DNA of 64,000 nucleotides from Macrostomum lignano (taxonomy: Eukaryota): the NCBI GenBank assembly GCA_002269645.1, contig NIVC01000851.1, positions 126,846-190,845 on the forward strand, given 5' to 3'. The translations under genes were made by a program, and so were the position numbers. The notes under the pieces were generated by a model that did not search any database, was not told where the DNA came from, and saw nothing but the letters and a program-made list of their open reading frames with translations. Positions within the stretch are counted from its first letter, which is position 1. Each line of letters begins with the position of its first letter. Of the stretch, positions 1-10,782 are shown one piece after another.

Positions 1-106
1 ACTAGCTATGGATATATAGATAATATATTAAGATGATAAATAGCTAAAAAAAAGACAACCTAGGGCCTAGACTAGGTAGGTATGATTGTATAAGGCATAT
101 TATTAG

Positions 107-500
107 AGGTTGGATAGGATCCTGGTCCCAAAATCCTGGGATCCCGAGGAAAATTGTATTCCTACAGGACGAGGATCCTGACCTTAAAAAACATAAGAAT
201 TGGGAACAGGTCTTTTGATCAAAAGTTTATAGAATTAGTGATTACTTAAATATATTTTGTTTTAACTTGTATTCATTAATTATTACTTTGTTTGTTGCAA
301 GACTTTGCATCAATTTTGTTGTGTTTTGATCTTGATCTTTTGATCTTGACATTTTTAGCTAAATTTTGTTTAACTTTATATGGACCTACAAACTACAATA
401 CACTAAAAGACCTGATCCCAATTCCCAATCCTGATCCTGATCCCAAGAAAAAAATATTCCCAATCCCAATCCTGCCGAAGCTGTTAATCCCATCCGACCT
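107..500. mobile_element. Degenerate MITE-like element with GATCCC/AATCCC subterminal repeats
   Basis: Imperfect terminal inverted repeats AGGTTGGATAGGAT (107-120) and ATCCCATCCGACCT (487-500), 12/14 match. There is also an internal inverted pair GAATTGGGAACAGGTC / GACCTGATCCCAATTC. No clear TSD. Confidence 0.45.
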
Positions 501-613
501 TTACATATTATCTATATTAACTTTTATATTAGAAATATTCTTTAACTCCCAATTATAACTAAGGCAAATAGTAAAATTTGTCAAAAAGCTTTTAAAATAT
601 TCTAGACAAGTAC

Positions 614-975
614 GCACGCGAAGGTGTATTCAGCATGCCAGTGAAGTATGAGACAGACTAGGCCCATGGGCTAAGGTCTGCGATGCTTCACGCCTGCCCC
701 TATCTTCAGCAGGTCAAGGCTGGTGGGAGGTCTGCACCCTCTATTTGCCTCTGGCAGCCGCAGACCCCCCCCCCCCCACGCTGTCTCGCAAGTCGACCCA
801 GGGTACTCGTCCCCGCATGTGTTCAAGGCAGTCCCTAGGGCTGCTGGACAGACTGGGCTCCGGCGCTGGCGACCCTATCCAGTGGCTTCGGCCAAATTTG
901 GGTATGCGGGTCTGGCTCGCCAACCTGCAGGCTGTGGTACTGCTCAACGTACTCTCTAATGCCTAAGGTGTTGAC
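614..975 (+). ncRNA. Candidate HDV-like self-cleaving ribozyme at the LINE 5' end
   Basis: Manual fold: P1 GCACGCG (614-620) with CGCATGT (814-820), P3 GGG/CCC (801-803/811-813), L3 TACTCGT, P1.1 AC (805-806) with GT (821-822), candidate J4/2 C963-TAA. The predicted cleavage site lies 3 nt inside the TSD-defined 5' end. Confidence 0.55.
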
Positions 976-1135
976 CGTGCCGATGGGCTGGAAGGCCGGG
1001 GAGTAGTCCAGTCGCAAGCGGTCCCCCTCCTGGTGTCGGGCCAGCCTTGAGGGTGCTATTGGCCTACTGCCCGGTCAGGTGGAGCGGCCGGGTGGGTACC
1101 GCGCCCCTTTGAGGGTAGCCCACCAACCTTTTATC

Positions 1136-2641
1136 ATGGCCTTCGAGCCGTCTATGGATAATCAAGCTAACTCTAGGGACGGGGACCCTTCTAAACCCCA
1201 ACCTCAGTCCGAAGGACCGGCCGGCCCTGCTGGCAGATCCCAACCGACTGATTCAACTGTGGCAAAGGAAGGACCGGCTGGCTCTACTGGCAGATCCGAC
1301 CAGAGCTACCAAACTCAAAATACCCAAAGACCTGCCAGCTCCGCTGGTGGATCTAAGGGAACCACGAGCTCTGAGCCTAAAGGACCGGCCAAATCTGGCA
1401 GATCCGATGAAGCTCAGCGGGCTCGGCTTGAGCGCAAACGCGCTAAACAACGCGCCAAAAGGCAGGCCAAGAAGGGAGCTGCGGGGGCCAAAGCGGCGGC
1501 GTCCACCATGGATGCTGAAGCAACTGGAGTCCCAAGGCAACCAGGCGGGCCGGCCGGTGGAAGCTCCAGTAGTTCAGCGGCGGCGCTCCCTGGAGCTGCT
1601 GCCGCGGCTGCTGAGGCCGAAACCACGGCGCAACAAATGGCCACTGCCAACAAGGAGGTTCCTTCGGGAGCTACCTTTGCGGCGAAGGCCAAGGCCAAAA
1701 TCCCGGGAGTGATCATCCAAGGTCGCGACCAGGACTGGACCACTGATCAGCTTCAAAAAGTGTGGAGTGCTGTTGACTCCTATCTGATTGAGCTGACTGT
1801 CGAGGAGGGAATCTCCATCGGCATTGAGCGGATGGTGCTGCGAAGCACATTCGTTCTTATTGCTCCTAGCAGCGAGGAGGACGCTCGGCGGCTGCTCCAG
1901 CGGCTACCGACGGTCTCCTTGGATGCTGACCTTGGCGGAGCTCTTTTTCTTCGCGAGGGCCAGCGTCCAAAGACGATACCCTATGTGGTTTTCGTCCCTG
2001 CTAAGAGCACGGCAGCTGGACCAGACGTTATTTGCCGGGTCCTACTGCGTCTGAACCCCGACCTCCCTGCTAGTGGACTGGTGTATCACCGTAAAGTCCG
2101 CAGGGGGGAGACGGGCAACTCAATTGTCCTCGGCCTTTCCAGCACTTGGGCAAGTCGGTACCCTAATGGATCCTCTTTCCAGCTGGGTGCCCTCAAGCTC
2201 AAGATGCGCCGAGGAAAGTCTGCCAAAGGGAAGGCTACTGCCAACCCCGGCATCTCCGGCAAGAGCAGGGCGCAGTCTAAGGCCCAAGGAAAGGCGCAAG
2301 CCAATCCCAAAGCCAAAGCTGCATCTTGCCCCTCTGCTAGCAGCAGTTTGGCGACCGCGGTAACGGCTCCGGCCAAGCCCCGGGAACCAAACCTGCCAGT
2401 CGGAGAAGGAGTTGAGGACGAGGCCGGGTCTTCGGAATCCGAGCTCTCCTCGGCCACCTTGGTGGGGTCTGAAGGTAAAGATGCAGGTGAGGAAGCTTCC
2501 TCCATCCTGTCATTGGAGCCTGAGGACTCTGCTGGGGGGGCTGGTGGGGGTGAGGAGGCCATGGACGTCGACCAACTCCCATCTCCCAGTCAAGCCCCAG
2601 CGGCCTGGGACGAGGACGATCTATTGTCCAAGTCTCCTTGA
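1136..2641 (+). CDS. LINE ORF1 (gag-like nucleic-acid chaperone)
   Basis: Open frame 1079-2641 with first ATG at 1136. Low-complexity basic N-terminus and acidic C-terminus. The central region (RLNPDLP...IVLGLS...FQLGALKLKMR) resembles the DUF4780-type region recalled from LOA-clade ORF1s. No CCHC knuckle is visible. Confidence 0.85.
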   Translation: MAFEPSMDNQANSRDGDPSKPQPQSEGPAGPAGRSQPTDSTVAKEGPAGSTGRSDQSYQTQNTQRPASSAGGSKGTTSSEPKGPAKSGRSDEAQRARLERKRAKQRAKRQAKKGAAGAKAAASTMDAEATGVPRQPGGPAGGSSSSSAAALPGAAAAAAEAETTAQQMATANKEVPSGATFAAKAKAKIPGVIIQGRDQDWTTDQLQKVWSAVDSYLIELTVEEGISIGIERMVLRSTFVLIAPSSEEDARRLLQRLPTVSLDADLGGALFLREGQRPKTIPYVVFVPAKSTAAGPDVICRVLLRLNPDLPASGLVYHRKVRRGETGNSIVLGLSSTWASRYPNGSSFQLGALKLKMRRGKSAKGKATANPGISGKSRAQSKAQGKAQANPKAKAASCPSASSSLATAVTAPAKPREPNLPVGEGVEDEAGSSESELSSATLVGSEGKDAGEEASSILSLEPEDSAGGAGGGEEAMDVDQLPSPSQAPAAWDEDDLLSKSP

Positions 2642-2680
2642 TGGCCCTGGGCTCTAGCCAGAAATTGCATTTAATACAGT

Positions 2681-5600
2681 ATGACTAAGCTCCACGCTGC
2701 CAAAGGAGCGACATTCTGTCTGCAAATTAATTTACAGCATTGCGTATCTGCGTCAGTAAATCTGATGAAGATTGCTAAGCTGTACAGGCCAGGCCTCATC
2801 CTGATCCAGGAACCCTGGATGCGCAACGGTAAGTTGCCCAACATTCCCTCTGGCTACTCTGATTTTTATGTGTGTGGCCCGGGGAACAGCCGCCCTAGAG
2901 CGGCTATCCTCGCTGCTAGCCATCTCCAGGCTTGGCTGAGGACTGATCTCTCTGATGGAGACCTTTGCGTCATCCAATCTAATCATTTCTCTCCGCGTAC
3001 GTGTCTTGTTGCCTCGGTTTATATCCCAGGCGACAGAGACCCTGCTCCTGAGAGTTTACTGCGCCTCGCGCAGTACTGCGAGTCCCAGAACACTGAGCTG
3101 TGCTTAGGGGGTGACCTCAACGCGCACCACAAGCACTGGGGCAGCAAAGATACCAACACTAGAGGAGAGGAGCTTCTGGCCCTCATCTCTAACACAAACC
3201 TCATGCTCTGCAACCGCGGCAGCACTCCTACCTTTAATAATGGCAGATGGACCGAGGTCCTTGACGCCACACTCGTTACCCCAAGACTCTTTGACAGAGT
3301 TGAGGAGTGGAGAGTCTGGTCTGAGGAGCCCTCCCTGTCTGACCACTGCTTTATCGCCTTTAACATCGCGGACACTAAAACCCAGTCTCCGATCACTTGG
3401 AGACGCAATATCCGCAACACTGATTGGGCGGCCTACAAGGCTGCCCTTGATCTGCACCTGCAGGAACTCACGGACTTACGTCCGATTAAGACCTGCGAGG
3501 ATGTGGATCATATGGCTGAGACGCTGACAGGTTGCATTATTGAAGCCTACGAAGCGGCTTGTCCTGCTCGCGCCTACAAAGGCAAGACCTCGGTGCCGTG
3601 GTGGAACCCGGAGCTGGGGAAACTCCGTGCCGTCATCGCCGTGCCATGAAGACCGGAAACCCGGAGGACATGGAGCTTTTCCGGCAAGCCTCCCGCAATT
3701 TCAAATCTGAAGTGCGCAAGGCCAAGGAATGTAAGTGGCGCCAATTCTGCAATGAATTGGATCAAGACAGACCTACTTCTAGGCTTGTCAAGGCCCTTAC
3801 AATGGACAAAATGTCCAAATTAGCCATGATCAAAAAAGATGATGGCTCTCTTACTAAAGACCCTGAAGAAGTGCTTCAGCATATGCTTAGCACATTCTTC
3901 CCGAGGGTACCTACTGCTAGACCGGAGCCCAACCATTCGATGGATGGAGCCACCCTAGCGGCGGGCATTGTCACTGAAGACCTAATCGCTCATGCGGTCA
4001 GAACCTTCAAACCCTTCAAATCTCCTGGACCTGATGGTATCTACCCTGTTCTCCTTCGTGAAGCAGTCAAGATACCCTCGTTCCTGAGACTCACCCGCAA
4101 TCTCATGCGGGCCTCTATCCAGCTGGGATACGTTCCCAAATGCTGGACTGAAGCTCGGGTAGTCTTTATTCCCAAACCTGGGAAGGGTGACTACCAAAGC
4201 GTCAAGGCCTTCCGGCCTATTAGCTTAACGTCAGCAATGCTTAAGCTCACTGAGAGGCTTATTCTCTGGCGGCTGCTGTCCTGCGAGCTGACAGCGATGC
4301 CCCTCAGCAATAATCAGCACGCCTTCCGCACCGGGAGGTCGACTGACAGCGCCTTGCATGCGATTGTTGAGAAGATTGAAAGGGCGGTACTGGGTGACGG
4401 TTACGCTCTGGCTCTCTTTCTTGACATTGTTGGCGCCTTCGACAACGTTATCTTTGAAGCGTTTCAGAGGGCCCTTCAAAATCGCAAAGCTCATGCTACC
4501 CTCATATGGTGGATCATGTACATGATCTCCAACCGTACGGTCACTGCCCAACTTCTTGGGCAAACTGCCTCCACCAGAGTCTGTAAGGGTGGACCCCAAG
4601 GCGGAGTCCTCACCCCGACGCTCTGGAACCTGGTCATGGACGCTCTTTTGAGTGACTCCCGACCCGACCCCGTCTTCAAAGTCGGGTATGCTGATGACGT
4701 CACGGCCATTGTGGCAGGACCGTCTCCCAGCACGCTCAGGGATCTGATGCAGAGCTTTATCCGCAAAGCAGAATCCTGGGCCAATGACAATGGTCTGGAA
4801 CTCTCTGAGCCCAAAACCGTTGCCATTATGTTTACCAGCAGACTACGCTGGAACATACATCCTCTGCAGCTCTACGGCAGAGATATTGCCTTCGCGTACC
4901 AGACCAGATGTCTCGGGGTCACACTTGACCACTGGCTCAACTGGTCCTTCCACGTGAAAGCAAAAGCCAAGCGTGCCTCAGCCATCCTGGCCCAGCTCCA
5001 ACGAGCACTTGGCACTTCTTGGGGTCTATCCCCTAAGCGGCTTTGGTGGATCTATACTTCCGTAGTTAGACCTGCCATTACGTATGCCTCTGTTGTCTGG
5101 GTTAGCGCTACCCAGGTCAAAAGCCATGCAGACCTGCTCAACACGATCCAAGGCAGAGCGTGTAGGCTCATCTGCAACGCCACCAGGTCCACGCCCTTTG
5201 CTGGCATGGGGGCCTTCCTTAATCTTCCGCCTCTTGACCTCTTCATCAGGGGTGAGGCGGCTAGAACGACGCGGCGTCTAATTGATGCCGGCGTCAAATT
5301 CATTTACATGAGAGCACCTGCTAAGCGGAACCTTGTCCCGCATAGCGATCTGTGCCTCAACGTTCTCAACGAGTGTCAGGCCAATCGCGTCTTCACCGAT
5401 GGCATTGCCTCAACGCTCAACCTGAGACAGCGCTACTCCGTAGCTATCGACTCGCGCGATAACATCAATGACCATTGGAACCCTGGTGAGCTTCATTGCT
5501 ACACCGACGGTTCTAAGCAGTCAGCCAACACCGGTTTTGGTGTTGGAATCTTTCTGAATGGGAGGGTCATCGCTACCCACGCTCAATACACTGGGGTCAA

Positions 5601-6408
5601 CTCCAGTGTTTTCTAAAATGAAGTTCTGGCCATCAGCTCCTGCACTGCAGAGCTTCTCGCCACTGGTGTTACTGATAAGAACATCATTTTCCATTCGGAC
5701 AGCCAAGCTGCCTTGCACGCCATCAGTGGCTGCAGCACCAACTCTGCTACAGTCCTTGACTGTATCAAACTCCTCAATGTGTTGGGTTCCGCCAACAAAA
5801 TTACCCTTAAGTGGGTTCCGGGGCATGTGGGGATCCGAGGAAATGAGTTGGCTGACACCCTTGCAAAAGTTGGTGCCTCTGGCTCCTCTCTCGGCCCCGA
5901 ACCTCTTGTCCCGATTCCTGGCTGTGTCATCGACTCACGCATCAAAGCGTGGATCAGGACTCAGCACCGCTCGACTTGGGCGAACCGCACGAACTGTAGG
6001 CAATCCAGAGGCGCTGTCCCTCAGCCCTCTCACCAGCTCCGGAAGCTCCTCTTGCACCTCTCGCGCAGAGACATCCGGGCTGCCACCATGACCCTCTCTG
6101 GTCACGGCTGCTTCTCCAGGCACCAGTACCTGCAGGGCAACGCCACCAACGCCACCTGTAGTTTCTGCAACTCAGGTGATGAAACCGCTGAGCATTTTGT
6201 CAGCATCTGTCCCGCCTTCACGCGGGCTAGACTCACTTACCTCGGGCCACACACATCTATTACTGAAGCGTGCAAACCCGAAAACTTTAATCAGCTCATG
6301 CGCTACCTTCGGGCCACCCGCAGGGCTGAACTCTCCTTTCCAGAGAGCACCATAGCTGCTGGCGACACTGGGGGACCTCCCTGGGCGGCGCCAACCCTCC
6401 GTCCATAG
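2681..6408 (+). pseudogene. LINE ORF2 (APE endonuclease, reverse transcriptase, RNase H, CCHC), interrupted in this copy
   Basis: APE motifs QINLQH, IQEPW, GGDLNAHH, PTF, SDH. RT motifs SPGPDG, FRPISL, QHAFR, LDIVGAFD, PQGGVLTP, YADD. RNase H motifs YTDGS, E, HSDSQAAL, WVPGH..GNELAD. C-terminal CSFC...H...C. There is a frameshift near 3630 and an in-frame TAA at 5614-5616 (VF*NE). Confidence 0.92.
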
Positions 6409-6574
6409 CAACGCGTCGGCCGTTCAAGGACTAGCGGAATGGGCGCCCGCGCCTTCCTGCTGTGTCCCCTCCGGGACAGCCCTGCAGCTAAGTCAAGTAA
6501 GTCAAAGTCTAGACAAGATATAAATATTCCTCCAAAAATCTATTTCTTGCTTTCTGTCTTATTAACTTGATATT

Positions 6575-7200
6575 ATTAAAAAGGAAGTGTTTATCCTCAC
6601 AGTCCTATGCCAATAATTCCAATTTTATTGACATGGATCCATGTCGATAATTTCCAGCTTATCCCCACAACAGCTTATTGAAATAGCTGCCACTATTCAA
6701 GTCCATAGGATATGTCAATAATTTGTATTTTATCCACATGGATCCATGTTGATAATTTCCAGCTTATCCCTAGGGCAGCTTATTGAAATAGAGAATCTTA
6801 AAATGAATCTGTTCAAAAACCGTCTATTTCTTTCACTGTTTTACAAATCTTCCATATAAACTACTGAATACTAAATAGTATCTAGTATTTTGTTAAAACT
6901 TTTTCATCCTTAAAAGGGTTAATTTAATATTTGCTTAGCTGCCGGCTTCACTTAGAATGACCGAACAACCCTAATATTGAGGCAAATAAGATTTGCAAAA
7001 TTCAAAATGTAATATATTTGAATTTGAATAATAATATTAATAATAATAATATCAATTTAACATCAGTACACAAAACTAAACACAAACAACTGCACAATCT
7101 TAGCCATGGGGATAAGCTGAAAATTATTGACATGGATCCATATGAATAAAATTGGAATTATTGACATAGCCTATAGACTTAAATGTTAGCAGCTATTTCT
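6575..7200. mobile_element. MITE with ~100-bp TIRs, copy 1
   Basis: The unit AATTCCAATTTTAT...GGATCCATG..ATAATTTCCAGCTTATCCC (partly duplicated, 6575-6790) recurs inverted at ~7100-7200 around a ~310-bp core. Confidence 0.55.
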
Positions 7201-7479
7201 ATGCATTGGATATGGCCTAGATTATGAATATCAAAGCTCCTTTCGTCCGTACATACATCGTGGTTGTCTACATCTGTAGTCTGTTCTGTAGTATGTAGCT
7301 AGGCCTATAGCTTTAGCCAGTTAGCCTTTAGGTAGCAGGTAGGTACAGTCATAGGAGTAGGGCCTATTACTATTAGTAGGGGCCTACAATAGCTGTTGCA
7401 TTTAGCTTTAAGGTCTTATTTATTAAATATTATTGTTATTCCATGGTATAGTTGTAGACCTAGTACATGATATTATGGC

Positions 7480-9108
7480 ATGTGAGGGTTTCACGACAGA
7501 TATTCAGACAGACATTCAAAACGATCGTCTGTAACTTTAAACAAAATTGACCCGCTTCAACCATCTTTTTGGCAAATATTTACGCAAGTGTTGGGCGTCG
7601 AATAAGCTTTAATTTATTAACTGAAGTAAAAATCCTTCTGACATACATTGATTTAAAAATTGCTTAGCAACACTCTGATTAGACATTGCTTTACCATTGA
7701 CTGAAATTGTTTTGATCGTAGCAGCCTAAAAGCAGATACTGGATTAAAAAATGCTTTGATTTACTCTTTACGCATGTCTCAGCTTTAAAATGACATGTCA
7801 GGCGTCGCAAAAGACAGCTTTGATGCTGAGATATTCGACACTAAATCTCAACATTTGAAACCGTCCTTGAACTATTTCAGAGTTAAGTGAGCTAATGGTA
7901 TCAAATGGAAGGCTAGTGCTCGTACTCGTAAGCAAAGCAGGTTCACAATTGAAATGGTTGTATTCATGGCCATGGGATCTAAACTGATCTGTTTCACTGT
8001 CACTTGCTTCGGTCTCAGAAGGAGCAGCAGTTGATGGACTGAGGTGAGAAGAAGATGCGTCACGACTTGAGCTGTTTTTAGAAAACATCTTTATCCAATT
8101 AAATATTTTCATGCGGTTCCTTAGGTTGTTCCGTATTCCAAGTCTAGAAGTCAAGACAGAAATAAAGTTGAGAACTGCTACAATAGTCCGTAGGGATTGG
8201 AAAGCTTAGCAGTACATTAGAAATCGCCTGTTCAATCTAAAAAGTATGAAGTACATAGCTATTGGGTTGCAACAAGAGTCAAAAAAATTCTTCCTTTTTA
8301 TTCCCACCACTTACCTCATTCCAATTTGGATAGCAGAAGCCAAGCAAAAAAAGTAAAAACATAACAAATAAACTATTTGCTTCATATTAATTGCCATTGA
8401 CTGTTAATAAAAGCGACATCAATTTCTCTCAATAACAGTTGGAACATGTTTCTCGTACGCTCGTATACATATTTGAACTGCAAAGCAGTAAAAAAGTCAT
8501 GATTGGTCTCCATATGTATGAATGTACTCTCACTGACTCACTGACTCAGGTAGAATCTATGCAAGATAAAGGCAGGAATCTTTAAAAATCAAAAACTGAA
8601 GACAGTTTAAGAGAAGTCCAGGTTTAAACTGGACATGACTAGAATTTGACGAGATTCTGATGAAAAACAAGGACATGGCAGCTGCACAAATATCGATAAA
8701 AAATCAGTGAAATTTCTGAATATGAGTTCGCGCAAAGCAATGTTTAGTGTTGAATATCTCAGCATCAAAGCTGTCTTTTGCGACGCCTGACGTGTCATTT
8801 TAAAGCTGAGACATGCGTAAAGAGTAAATCAAAGCATTTTTTAATCCAGTATCTGCTTTTAGGCTGCTACGATCAAAACAATTTCAGTCAATGGTAAAGC
8901 AATGTCTAATCAGAGTGTTGCTAAGCAATTTTTAAATCAATGTCTGTCAGAAGGTTTTTTACTTCAGTTAATAAATTAAAGCTTATTCGACGCCCAACAC
9001 TTGCGTAAATATTTGCCAAAAAGATGATTGAAGCGGGTCAATTTTGTTTAAAGTTACAGACAATCGTTTTGAATGTTTGTCTGAATATCTGTGGTGAAAC
9101 CCTCACAT
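7480..9108. mobile_element. Non-autonomous Mutator-like (MULE) element with long TIRs
   Basis: Near-identical 366-bp TIRs at 7480-7845 and 8743-9108. Perfect 9-bp TSD TATTATGGC at 7471-7479 and 9109-9117. No transposase in the ~900-bp interior. Confidence 0.88.
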
Positions 9109-9722
9109 TATTATGGCAAACATAGTGGCAAATAGCCTTGCCCTTGGGAAATGACTATCTTAAAAACTTAAAAACATATTTTTAAGAGACTTTGTGTCTT
9201 GAATTAACTTAATAATAATAACAAGCCTTAGCCATTAGGCTTAGGGCCTATAAATATGAAATAAGAGATTTAGCAATAGCATTAAGTACATTTAGATTTA
9301 GCTAAAATACAAGCTTGCCTTTCTTTTTTCCCTATTTCTAAAAAGAAGTGCTTATCCCCATTCCCATAGTCCCGTGCTAACAATTCCAATTTTATCCATA
9401 TTCCATATGGATCTGTGTCAATAATTTCCAGCTTATCCCATGGCTAAGCCGCTAAGATTATGCAGATTGTTTGTGTTTAGTTTTGTGTACTGACATTAAA
9501 TTAATATTGTCATTATTATTTTTAATATTATCATTAGGCCTATTAATATATATTAAATTTCAAATTTTGCAAGTCTCATTCACCCTAATCTTTGGGTTGT
9601 TTGTTTATTCTAAACAAATCCAGCAGCTAAGCAAATATTAAAAATTAGGCCCCTAACCCTTTTTAATGTCAAAAGGTTTTTAACAAAGACTGACAAAGTA
9701 TGCAATATCATTCAGTATTCAA

Positions 9723-10402
9723 CAATGATGGGCATGGCCACTAGCGCTGCTAAATTTGAATTCTGCTAAGCCTAAAGCACTGCTAACATTTTGTTAGTGC
9801 CACTAATTTTGCTAAATTGAAATTCCAATTAGCGCGCTTGGCGCTTTCAAAGCACCACTAATATTTTTTGAAAATTGCTAATTGTGCTAAAGTCATTTTT
9901 TGTTATAAAACTAAATGGTTAGGCCTAATGACTGTTTAATACTTAAAATGAGACCCTATTTAAGTAATAAGTTAAAGATTACATAAATCTACCTATATTA
10001 AATCTAATGTTTCTAATTTTCTTAGAAATGCTAAACAAAATTTGAATTTCTTTTTTTGCTTTCATTATCAACAATTGATCTTGTTTTTGTTATTGACTTT
10101 TAAAAGTTTTCTTACTACTTTTAATTTCTTAGCAAAAAGTTATTGATTAATTTAATTTAATTTAAAAACTTAATCAAAGAATTCAACGTTTAACTCAGTT
10201 GATATTCTAAGCAATGATGCAAAGCAACAGGCTATATCAACAGGGTGATAGTGGGGTTAATAAATCCTATACCACCATTTCAAGCTAATAATCTCGCTAT
10301 CCTTCTTGAGTATAAGAAGGTATTGCTAATTCTTTTCTTCTATCAGTTAGTGACAGTGCTAATTAGTGGCATTCAAAATAATTTTAATGGTGCCCATCAC
10401 TG
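9723..10402. mobile_element. hAT-type MITE
   Basis: TIR CA(A/G)TGATGGGCA at both ends. 8-bp TSD GTATTCAA (9715-9722) / GTATTCAG (10403-10410). Confidence 0.8.
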
Positions 10403-10508
10403 GTATTCAGTACATGTAGTTTATTTGGAAGATTTATAAAACAGTGAAAACAAAAAGATGGTTTTTGAACCAATTCATTTTAATGTTATTTATTCCAATA
10501 AGCTGCCA

Positions 10509-10782
10509 CATACATGCGCAACTGCTGGCCAACCTGGCCGATCTGGCCATCGTAAATTGTTGTGGACCAGGGGTAAGTCGCAAAAATGCCCAGCCTAAAA
10601 AAATACGGAGGTAGTACTAATTAAATGATGAGGCATTTAGCCCTTATAAGACAGTCATAGTTACTCCTGCCGTTTACCCAAAATTGCGTTAGGTTTCTTT
10701 TACAGGTAACTTGGTAAGTCGCATTTTTGGTCAAAAAGTAAGTCGCATGGCCAGTGTAAATCAGGGGGGTTGCGCATGTATG
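10509..10782. mobile_element. hAT-type MITE (274 bp)
   Basis: 14-bp TIR CATACATGCGCAAC and perfect 8-bp TSD AGCTGCCA (10501-10508, 10783-10790). A diverged inverted copy of its interior lies at ~11090-11255. Confidence 0.85.

Larger units (their letters stand above)
611..6507 (+). mobile_element. Full-length non-LTR retrotransposon (LINE), LOA/Lian-like clade (APE-RT-RNase H)
   Basis: Perfect 10-bp TSD TCTAGACAAG at 601-610 and 6508-6517. Structure is a ~525-nt 5' UTR, ORF1, ORF2 with APE, RT (YADD), RNase H and a C-terminal CCHC finger, then a short 3' UTR ending in AAGTC/AAGT tandem repeats. Confidence 0.95.
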
